Positions 1 through 6,881 of a DNA stretch of 11,921 bases are shown here, in pieces (the stretch's first letter is position 1; each line of letters opens with the position of its first letter). Made by a program: the position numbers and the translations under genes. Origin of the DNA: a virus (lineage: Duplodnaviria; Heunggongvirae; Uroviricota; Caudoviricetes); the IMG/VR virus record IMGVR_UViG_2606217106_000005, positions 1-11,921 of that record. One strand, 5' to 3'. The notes beneath the pieces are model-generated. The model was not told the origin of the DNA. It made no database searches and saw only the letters and a list, made by a program, of their open reading frames with translations.

Positions 1-60
1 CCTTCTTATTCATAAGGCGGGACACTTTCAGGATTTTGAATTTATTCAATTTTTTCCTTT

Positions 61-92
61 CTCCAAAATCTCTCCAAAACTTTTCCCCAAAA
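61..92. repeat. Three phased direct repeats CTCCAAAA (61-68), CTCCAAAA (72-79), CCCCAAAA (85-92) just beyond the int stop; candidate integrase arm-type sites
   Basis: Read directly; spacing 11 and 13 bp. In lambda attL the P' arm with three arm-type Int sites lies next to the int 3' end; the assignment here is by analogy only. Confidence 0.3.
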
Positions 93-156
93 CCAGGGCA
101 CGCATTTTACAACACTTTTTTCCTGAAATGGTGACGGATATTCCATATGATGTTTG

Positions 157-1275
157 TTAAATAACCAACTTAACCCATTCCTGACCTCGGGTATCGTTAT
201 AGCGATCGGTGGTAGCCTGGACTTTATGTCCCAGTAATGTTTTTGTATCGACACCCTGTGCGCGGTACAACCGTTCTGACAGGGAGCGTTGTTCATGAAA
301 TGTTGGCGGTGTTTTTCCTGCTGGTGGAATTATTCCAGCCAGATCTCGCGCTTTGGCGAAGTAATCGCTCAGGTTGTCTTTACTCATCGGTTTTGGTTGT
401 TTCTGGTGCCTACTATGGATTAGATATGGACTTAATATTCTGTCTCGGCACCCATCAATAACTTCTTTTAACGTTATCCCAATGGCATCACAGCGTAGTG
501 TAAGCGGTAACGCCAGGCGCATTCCGGTTTTTCCCTGGGTGATATGCAAGTGTTCGTTCCACACATCTGAAAAACGCATGTGGCAAATGTCATCACGGCG
601 CTGACCAGTAACAATCGCAAGAAGCATTGCGTTACGGATAAAGTGTTTTTCAGGCGTTGCGTTGTAAATTTTTTGCCAGTCTTCCAGGGTGAGTCTGGCT
701 CTGGTTACTTTAGGGATCGGTTTACGGGTAGCCTCCGGAGGATTCCATCCAGGAGGAACTTCTCCTGCATGCTGTGCTTCTTTATAAATATCAACCCATA
801 ATCCACGATTTACTCTCGCTGTGCTGACCATGTCTTTATCCAGCCAATCATCCAGTATTAATGCAAAGTCTCTTACTTCCAGTTCTTTCAATGGATGGTT
901 TCCCAGACGGGAAACCAGGTATGCAGCCATTCGGGCTTTTTCTTTGTGAGTTGTAGCTGCAATATCTCCATTTTTCAGTCGCGTGTCCTGTATTTTCAGA
1001 TATCGATCAACCCATGCCTTTAATCTGATACCCCGACGTTTTGTTGCTGACGGACTTTCATCAATTTTGCGCATGAAATATTCAGCTTCTGCTGCAGCTA
1101 TTCGCTGATTGGCTGTGGAAGCGATTTTTTCTGCCTTACCTTTGTCTGTTCCGAGTCCGTGAAATTTTCCAGTCACAGGATTTTTATACTGGTAGTAAAC
1201 TCTGCCAGTTCTGCGATCAAACTTTTCGTAAAGACCGGCTACGTCAGTGCTGTTTTTTCGTGGCCTCGGTGACAT
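157..1275 (-). CDS. int: Phage tyrosine integrase, lambda Int family
   Basis: 372-aa ORF. C-terminal motifs PPTFHEQRSLSERLY and LLGHKVQATTDRYNDTRGQEW align with the lambda Int catalytic HxxR box and the nucleophile Tyr region (DPPTFHELRSLSARLY / LLGHKSDTMASQYRDDRGREW). Start overlaps the 3' end of the xis-like gene, as in lambda. Confidence 0.93.
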   Translation of the reverse strand: MSPRPRKNSTDVAGLYEKFDRRTGRVYYQYKNPVTGKFHGLGTDKGKAEKIASTANQRIAAAEAEYFMRKIDESPSATKRRGIRLKAWVDRYLKIQDTRLKNGDIAATTHKEKARMAAYLVSRLGNHPLKELEVRDFALILDDWLDKDMVSTARVNRGLWVDIYKEAQHAGEVPPGWNPPEATRKPIPKVTRARLTLEDWQKIYNATPEKHFIRNAMLLAIVTGQRRDDICHMRFSDVWNEHLHITQGKTGMRLALPLTLRCDAIGITLKEVIDGCRDRILSPYLIHSRHQKQPKPMSKDNLSDYFAKARDLAGIIPPAGKTPPTFHEQRSLSERLYRAQGVDTKTLLGHKVQATTDRYNDTRGQEWVKLVI

Positions 1276-1522
1276 GAGTTAAAATCTCCTTCAGTGCATC
1301 ATCATCGCCAGTATGAATTTCCGGCGCAATTCCCGTTTCACCAGGCCCAACAAATACTGCTCGGCGATCTATCAGCCAACGCCCACGAATTTTTTGTGGC
1401 CTTGGAACGATGTATCCTAGTTTTCCGTATTTCACCAGGGTAGTGTTTGTTATTGGGAGACTGAACCGTTTTGGTTTCCACTCGTCGAGCGTTATCAGGT
1501 ACTGTTCGCTCATGGCTATCAC
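1244..1522 (-). CDS. xis: Excisionase, lambda Xis-like
   Basis: 92-aa ORF directly upstream of int and overlapping it by 32 bp. Motif YLITLDEW...GRWLI resembles lambda Xis YLTLQEW...REYLF. True start may be the internal Met (MSEQYL, codon at 1511-1513). Confidence 0.75.
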   Translation of the reverse strand: MIAMSEQYLITLDEWKPKRFSLPITNTTLVKYGKLGYIVPRPQKIRGRWLIDRRAVFVGPGETGIAPEIHTGDDDALKEILTHVTEATKKQH

Positions 1523-1574
1523 TCCGGAACGCGCCAGTTGCAGAATATCAACGACAACTGGCGACGGTTGAACA

Positions 1575-4046
1575 TTAAAAATCAGCCTGACTCGGGATCA
1601 GTTTTTGCCAGATAACTGAAACGTATTTTGCCTGGTAACGGGCGTCATCAAGTGCATTATGGCGCTCACCTTCGAATGGAATAGCCGTTCTGGCATCGAA
1701 GTCTATGGCTTTCCCCAGCTCAACGATTGTGCGTACATCGCGATCGTTGTAGTAACGCCACGGGCAGGGGATCCCCTGCCGTTCGTATGAACGGCGCAAA
1801 ATCGTGTTGTCGAAGTTGGCTCCATTTCCCCAGACCTGAACAAAAAATTCACCGGAGTTTTCGTCGATAAATTCCCGCAATTGTAACAGTGCATCATCTA
1901 ACGGGATTTCATCGGTCATAATGGCAGATTGCGCTTCGCGTGATTGCTTAAGCCACCATTTAATGGTGTCCCGATCAATGACTCCGCCAGCAGTTTCCAG
2001 ATCGATAGTCTTACTAAATTCCGGTCCCATATCTCCGGTTTGCGGATCGAAAAATATTGCACCTATTGAGATGATCGGGGCATCAGGATTTTTTCCCATG
2101 GTTTCAAGGTCGATCATTAGATGGTCACACGTCCTGCTGGTGGATGTGATTTCTTGATGACCGTTCACCTTAATTGAGTGATCTGCCGTCTCGCCAGTTT
2201 CATTATCGCTATCGTGATGCTGATTGCCGCCAGTGTTCTCTTTGTGTGGATGTTCAGCGCCTTCCATTTCCTCCGGATCATCTTCCTGAACTTCAACCTG
2301 ATACTCTTCATCGAATGTTTCCTGGTATGTTGCGTCGCCCATCACCGCGCCACAATCAGGGCAGTTGCCGCCGCCGGTCTGACCGCAGGCGGTGCAGATC
2401 TTTTCCGGTTCCTGTTGCACTACTGGTTCAGGTTGTTTCGTTTCTGGCTCGTTTTGTTGCGTACTTGGGCTGTTTTGTTCCGCTTTCTGGTCGTTCTGTT
2501 CCGTTTCTTGCTGGTTCTGGTTCACAGAATCGCGGGTCTGGATCCCATTAACCCATTTCGGATCATTCGGGTCGCTAATCCCTTCAACAAATTCACCACG
2601 TGATACTGCAAGCAGTTCATCGGCGTCAGGCTGGCTGATATTGGCTGCCTGCATAATTTTGTTTACTTCGTCAGCGGTAACTTTTACTGACCCTGGTTGT
2701 GCGGTCGTGTCAGATGCACCAGTATTTTGTTGTGAACCTGAGTATGTACCGTTTTTGCGGGCGAAATATTCTTCTTTCGTGATTTCAGTAGCCCCAGCAG
2801 ACAGCGCCTTATCCAGACCAGAAAGTTTGTTTGCGCGACCGTATTTTTCGCCATCCTTGTCGGTGAAGAGGAAGTAGAACGGCCCCTCACGTTCTACAGA
2901 TGGTTCGACTTCCACTTTGCATTCGGTTTTTTCGTTGTCTGGAATTGCCGTTTCCACTGCATCAGTTTCTGGTACTGGCGACGAGAGAGTATCAGTTGCG
3001 CTCTGATTTGTTCCTTCATCTTCAAACACGCCCTTTGTAGTCAGGTATTCAGTAATGTATTTGTTCAGTGCCACAGGGTCTTTGTGAATGTCGATCGGAC
3101 GTTCACGGACAAGGCCAAAAATAGTCTGGCGGTCGTAGCGAAGGGCATCAGGCTGTTTGCGCATTGATGCCGAGATACGCTTCCAGTCTTCGCGGTCGTT
3201 GTCGATAACTTCATTTTTTGCCCAGCGATGGATGCTGCCGTCAATGTTTCCGGCATCCACATCACCAGGCCAGAGAGCGTAGGCCAGTTCGTCATCCAGT
3301 GTTTTCCATGTCTGCTTGTATTCGCGATGAATGGCAGCAATGACCGGGCTGATTTTTCCTGTTGAATTTTCAGTGTGCTGTTGATTGGTTCTGGCGCGGG
3401 CGAGATCAACAACAGACGTGTATTTTCCGGTTTCCTTGCGTTCACCTTCGCGACGTTTTTTCCAGATGCGCATCTCTGCCTGAATTTCGGGCCATTTGGC
3501 ACCAGGCTTACATTTATGCTTAACGCACCCGATGGCATGCAGCTTAAGCTCCGGATACATGGCGTTAACTTCTGGCATTTTCATCAACGCTTCAACGATA
3601 TGTCCGTCGAATGTTGCCATGTCTTCCTGCAACAATTCCTGTGCGTTAATAACCATATCAACGGTGATGTTTTCACATGTGTCGAACTTAACCATGAGAG
3701 CGTTCTGTACTTCAGGGGCCAGCTTGTCAAAAGTGACGTTCATCAGATCGGATTCAGTCTCAACCGGGACAAAAGAAGCAGAATCCTCATCCCAGCGGTT
3801 TTCCTGCATATATTCAGCATCCCATGAATCGAGGGCAGGGCGGGGTATGCCAGGTTTATCCTCGCAGATAATAAATTTATAAGCGCAGTCCTGAGCAGCC
3901 GGATAATGTTCCAGGAACTGCCAGTGAAATTTTGCTCGAGCACGGCGTTCGTCGCCAGCTTCAATGGCTGTGGCTACAGCCACAGCGCCTTCTTCCCTTG
4001 TTGCCAGTTCGTCAGGAATGGCGGCGCAAATAAAGACTTTACTCAT
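1575..4046 (-). CDS. Large phage exonuclease with C-terminal DEDDh (DnaQ-like) 3'-5' exonuclease domain, Cys4 zinc ribbon and acidic low-complexity linker
   Basis: 823-aa ORF with GAGG SD. C-terminal motifs MIDLETMG (Exo I, D-x-E), GNGANFDNTIL (Exo II), HNALDDARYQ (Exo III, H...D) are visible. CTACGQTGGGNCPDCG is a C-x2-C-x8-C-x2-C ribbon. Sits where lambdoid phages carry exo/recombination genes; I recall similar proteins annotated exodeoxyribonuclease VIII-like, but cannot verify. Confidence 0.8.
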   Translation of the reverse strand: MSKVFICAAIPDELATREEGAVAVATAIEAGDERRARAKFHWQFLEHYPAAQDCAYKFIICEDKPGIPRPALDSWDAEYMQENRWDEDSASFVPVETESDLMNVTFDKLAPEVQNALMVKFDTCENITVDMVINAQELLQEDMATFDGHIVEALMKMPEVNAMYPELKLHAIGCVKHKCKPGAKWPEIQAEMRIWKKRREGERKETGKYTSVVDLARARTNQQHTENSTGKISPVIAAIHREYKQTWKTLDDELAYALWPGDVDAGNIDGSIHRWAKNEVIDNDREDWKRISASMRKQPDALRYDRQTIFGLVRERPIDIHKDPVALNKYITEYLTTKGVFEDEGTNQSATDTLSSPVPETDAVETAIPDNEKTECKVEVEPSVEREGPFYFLFTDKDGEKYGRANKLSGLDKALSAGATEITKEEYFARKNGTYSGSQQNTGASDTTAQPGSVKVTADEVNKIMQAANISQPDADELLAVSRGEFVEGISDPNDPKWVNGIQTRDSVNQNQQETEQNDQKAEQNSPSTQQNEPETKQPEPVVQQEPEKICTACGQTGGGNCPDCGAVMGDATYQETFDEEYQVEVQEDDPEEMEGAEHPHKENTGGNQHHDSDNETGETADHSIKVNGHQEITSTSRTCDHLMIDLETMGKNPDAPIISIGAIFFDPQTGDMGPEFSKTIDLETAGGVIDRDTIKWWLKQSREAQSAIMTDEIPLDDALLQLREFIDENSGEFFVQVWGNGANFDNTILRRSYERQGIPCPWRYYNDRDVRTIVELGKAIDFDARTAIPFEGERHNALDDARYQAKYVSVIWQKLIPSQADF

Positions 4047-4139
4047 TTTGTTTTAACCTCATGACAGATTTAAGGATGAACAAATCCCTGCCATTGCTGG
4101 CATATAAGAATGAAACCGGATATTTATTACGGAACTGTT

Positions 4140-4331
4140 TTAAAGACCTGCCGGGATTTCGATATTATCCTGGTGAATAACTTTATCGACCGGGTAACAG
4201 TTACCGGGAATTTTCTGTTCGGTTGCTGCAGTCATACACTCCTGCATTGTCCTGTGAACACTGACTGCAATATCAACTGGCTCTCCGGAAACAAGAAAAA
4301 CTGTCAGAACAAGTGCAAATGCTGTATTCAT
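4140..4331 (-). CDS. Small hypothetical protein (63 aa) with hydrophobic signal/TM-like N-terminus
   Basis: Start ATG overlaps the stop of the upstream small ORF (ATGA, translational coupling). N-terminus MNTAFALVLTVFLVSG is hydrophobic. Located in the early-left region where lambda has kil/cIII-type small genes. Confidence 0.5.
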   Translation of the reverse strand: MNTAFALVLTVFLVSGEPVDIAVSVHRTMQECMTAATEQKIPGNCYPVDKVIHQDNIEIPAGL

Positions 4332-4516
4332 TGCCAGCATCCTTTTTGTATCGGACGTAAACGGGCCAACATTGAAAGAATGCATATTTTATTTAATAGC
4401 TCCCGTTCGTGTTTTCTCTTGTTAATGGCATCTTCAGTAAATACAGGGTTACTGATAGTGACACCAATTTCAAAACAACCTTCAGACGTATTAACGTTTG
4501 GTAATAACGTTTTCAT
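4328..4516 (-). CDS. Small hypothetical protein (62 aa)
   Basis: Internal Met chosen over the 97-aa ORF-track start because it is preceded by GAGGG 7 nt upstream; stop overlaps the next gene start. Confidence 0.45.
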   Translation of the reverse strand: MKTLLPNVNTSEGCFEIGVTISNPVFTEDAINKRKHERELLNKICILSMLARLRPIQKGCWQ

Positions 4517-5005
4517 TATCGCGCCCTCAACAATGAGTTTTGTGATGCGGTGCCTGGTGCCTCCAGGTGACGTTAACCAGTTAACAATTAACGCCGGATA
4601 CAGAGAATCCAACCATAACACTGTTTTTGGTTTTAACTGTTCCGCGTGCGCTTAGCCGCATTCACCGCATCACAAAATTCACTTTAAAAAGGGCGGCAGA
4701 GCAGTCACGGAGTAAAACTGATACCGCCAAACGTCACCAGAAAATTGATAACAGAGGGCGTTGCAGCGGGGTTGTCACTTAAGCGTATGGTCAACCTGAC
4801 AACCCGGTGTCCTCAACGGGGGAAGGAATACCCCCGCCATACTTACCGCCGCGCCATTTCGCGGATTGCCACAACCAGAAGCGCACGGTCGAAGAAATTT
4901 AACGACAAGACTTATATGCAAAGGGATCTCGCCGTGCGCTTTCGTGTTATGCCCTGACTTTTCAGGGTAAATTAACCTGTGGAAACCTGTTTTTACTGGC
5001 GCTAA

Positions 5006-5245
5006 TCAGTTAGCGTTTCTGGCTAACCAGCGATGCGCGGCAGCTTCGGTTTTAAACGTTTTACTTTTGGTATACGTCATCGCGGTAAACGTGCCGTCCT
5101 GATTGGGAAACACGCCACATACCAGAGATTCGTTGTTGCCAAGCTCGATAGTATCCATGCTGACCTCATTTCCCCTTAACGCTGGGGTAGCGGAACTAAA
5201 AACCTGCTGCGCTGTTATACAAAGTGTTCCCGCCGTCATGTTCAT
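5006..5245 (-). CDS. Hypothetical first gene of the early-left operon (79 aa)
   Basis: First ORF downstream of the predicted leftward promoter; GAGG upstream of the MNM start cluster; no family recognised. Confidence 0.5.
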   Translation of the reverse strand: MNMTAGTLCITAQQVFSSATPALRGNEVSMDTIELGNNESLVCGVFPNQDGTFTAMTYTKSKTFKTEAAAHRWLARNAN

Positions 5246-5339
5246 ACGCCTCGGGCTGGCTACTTAATCCCTGACCACTGCCGGGTAACTCTAGGTATTG
5301 CCCTGTATTGTGTGGGACGGGATGGGTTGGTATGGGAAA

Positions 5340-5408
5340 ACTATAGGAAATGCCTAATTGCTTGTCAATAGGCTATGCCTAATGATTTGGGTGCGACCTA
5401 ATAGGTGA
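5340..5408 (-). promoter_or_regulatory. P_L-like early-left promoter with three operator sites (O_L)
   Basis: Minus-strand TTGACA (plus coords 5363-5368), 17-bp spacer, TATAGT (plus coords 5340-5345). Operator-like sites TAGG-N5-CCTA (5343-5355), TAGGC-tat-GCCTA (5369-5381) and CCTAATAGG (5397-5405), centres about 26 bp apart. Confidence 0.6.
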
Positions 5409-5476
5409 TGGTTTGTGGGAGAGGTAGTAGGAGTTAACTAACGGGAACTAGGAATTTCCCGTCGGACCATATAAGT

Positions 5477-5953
5477 TTAAGTTCCTGTCTTGGTGATGTT
5501 CTGGCTTTTCCGTTTTGATTCTTGATTTTTCAGATAGTTAGCTACCTTCATTTCCATTGCGGCAATGTAGGCGCGAACGTCATGATCAACCCAACTAGGC
5601 TCCGTAGCATTTCCAGATAAGAGGAAAGCCACAATTGCTCTTTTTTCATCAGAGGCGGCTTGATAAAGGCTGTTTATGTCTAAAAGTTCACTTTTTGTAT
5701 CTGAAGTGGATGGGGTTGGTATGGGGTATTCGTTAAGCCCCCAATGCTCTGGACCAACCACATCAGAAAAGAAACGCCATAGTTCTGGAAGTTTGTCTTT
5801 ACTTATCGAACCTTTCTTAATCCAGTCATGGATTGATGGTGGTTGGACTTTGAAATGACGTGCGATTTCCGCCTTTGATTTGACGGCTCCTGATGCAATT
5901 TTTTTGTTGATGGCCTGCTCTATCGCTCGGCCTAAGTCTTTACCACTAAGCAT
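5477..5953 (-). CDS. racR: Prophage repressor, RacR-like HTH protein
   Basis: 158-aa ORF between outward-facing promoters. HTH-like segment SKAEIARHFKVQPPSIHDWIKKGS. Length and N-terminus match my recollection of E. coli Rac prophage RacR; followed divergently by ydaS/ydaT-like genes, as in Rac. Confidence 0.8.
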   Translation of the reverse strand: MLSGKDLGRAIEQAINKKIASGAVKSKAEIARHFKVQPPSIHDWIKKGSISKDKLPELWRFFSDVVGPEHWGLNEYPIPTPSTSDTKSELLDINSLYQAASDEKRAIVAFLLSGNATEPSWVDHDVRAYIAAMEMKVANYLKNQESKRKSQNITKTGT

Positions 5954-5981
5954 TGCTTAATAGTCTCCTATGCGCATCGCG

Positions 5982-6050
5982 TTAGGCAATCCCTACTCTC
6001 GAAGCGTTAGGCATAGCCTATTGACAATCGCATTAGGCTAAGCCTAATAT
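5982..6050 (+). promoter_or_regulatory. P_R-like early-right promoter with three operator sites (O_R), including a perfect 17-bp palindrome
   Basis: TTGACA at 6021-6026, 18-bp spacer, TAATAT at 6045-6050. Perfect palindrome ATTAGGCTAAGCCTAAT at 6032-6048 overlaps spacer and -10; TTAGGC-ata-GCCTA at 6007-6020; TTAGGC half-site at 5982-5987. Confidence 0.65.
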
Positions 6051-6077
6051 TATTGTGTGTTTTTTGGAGTTCATTCG

Positions 6078-6401
6078 ATGAAAAAAGATAACTATTCATT
6101 CAAACGAGCTTGTGCTGTTGTCGGTGGGCAATCAGCAATGGCTAGGCTTTTAGGTGTATCTCCTCCAAGCGTAAATCAATGGATCAAAGGTGTACGTCAG
6201 TTGCCTGCTGAGAGATGTCCTGCGATTGAACGAGCAACAAAAGGTGGTGTCCTGTGTGAAGAACTTCGTCCTGATGTTGATTGGACATACTTACGACGCT
6301 CGTCATGTTATTCGCAGAATATGTCGATGAAGCAACCAAATGACGAAAACGATCATACCCGAAGCATCAAGAGGCAAATGATTCATGAAAATCAAACATG
6401 A
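6078..6401 (+). CDS. ydaS: Cro-like HTH protein, YdaS-like
   Basis: ATG at 6078 preceded by GGAG (6066-6069). Motif GGQSAMARLLGVSPPSVNQWIKGVRQLPAERCPAIERAT is typical of YdaS/Cro-like proteins. First gene after P_R. Confidence 0.8.
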   Translation: MKKDNYSFKRACAVVGGQSAMARLLGVSPPSVNQWIKGVRQLPAERCPAIERATKGGVLCEELRPDVDWTYLRRSSCYSQNMSMKQPNDENDHTRSIKRQMIHENQT

Positions 6402-6810
6402 GCACATCCGCATGGCGATGAATGCCTGGGCATATCCTGATGGTGAGAAAGTTCCAGCAGCTGGAATAACCCAGGCTTATTTTGAGTTGGGTATGACGTT
6501 CCCAGAACTGTATGACGACAGCCATCCGGAAGCCCTGGCTCGCAATACCCAGAAAATTTTCCGCTGGGTAGAGAAAGACACCCCTGATGCAGTTGAAAAA
6601 ATTCAGGCGTTGTTACCAGCGATCGAAAAGGCAATGCCACCTTTGCTGGTGGCCAGAATGCGCAGCCACAGTTCAGCTTATTTTCGGGAGCTGGTGGAGA
6701 CGCGGGAACGACTGGTGAGAGACGCTGATGATTTTGTCGCAGTGGCGATCGCTGGTTTCAACCAGATGAATCGTGGTGGCCCTGCAGGAAATATTGTGGC
6801 TGTGCATTGA
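6385..6810 (+). CDS. ydaT: YdaT-like protein, putative toxic partner of YdaS
   Basis: 141-aa ORF overlapping the ydaS stop by 17 bp; GAGG SD; same position and size as Rac prophage ydaT. Confidence 0.7.
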   Translation: MKIKHEHIRMAMNAWAYPDGEKVPAAGITQAYFELGMTFPELYDDSHPEALARNTQKIFRWVEKDTPDAVEKIQALLPAIEKAMPPLLVARMRSHSSAYFRELVETRERLVRDADDFVAVAIAGFNQMNRGGPAGNIVAVH

Positions 6811-6881
6811 CTCGCAATATTCATACCGGATCACTTCCGGCAATTTGTGAGTAAAAAGATTCGGTATCAAAAGAGGTGAGT

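Noticed and set aside
1-156. tRNA gene or att core at the left prophage boundary
   Set aside because: No tRNA-like sequence recognised by eye, and without the other prophage end the core repeat cannot be defined.
42-296. 84-aa minus-strand ORF overlapping the integrase 3' end
   Set aside because: Overlaps the well-supported int CDS in another frame and extends into the att-proximal repeats; no SD; likely spurious.
1921-3882. Several plus-strand ORFs (1921..2157, 2174..2551, 2178..2603, 2392..2877, 3375..3827, 3496..3882) inside the exonuclease gene
   Set aside because: Antisense shadows of a long, well-supported minus-strand CDS, largely produced by the low-complexity repeat region; translations are Cys/Phe/Leu-rich, typical of antisense frames.
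1575-4046. Calling the large gene recE with a recT partner (Rac-type recombination module)
   Set aside because: The C-terminal catalytic domain shows DEDDh motifs rather than the PD-(D/E)XK fold I recall for RecE, and no RecT/Bet-like gene is adjacent.
4328-4621. Full 97-aa version of the small minus-strand ORF
   Set aside because: The N-terminal extension lacks an SD, while the internal Met at 4516 has GAGGG 7 nt upstream; the shorter call is preferred.
4110-4655. 181-aa Cys-rich plus-strand ORF
   Set aside because: Antisense to two coupled minus-strand genes with good SDs; no ribosome-binding site; composition looks like an antisense artefact.
4745-4957. 70-aa Arg-rich plus-strand ORF
   Set aside because: Lies in the leader of the leftward operon on the opposite strand, has no SD, and spans the hairpin elements; more likely non-coding.
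5676-5858. 60-aa plus-strand ORF inside the repressor gene
   Set aside because: Antisense to the racR-like CDS; no start context.
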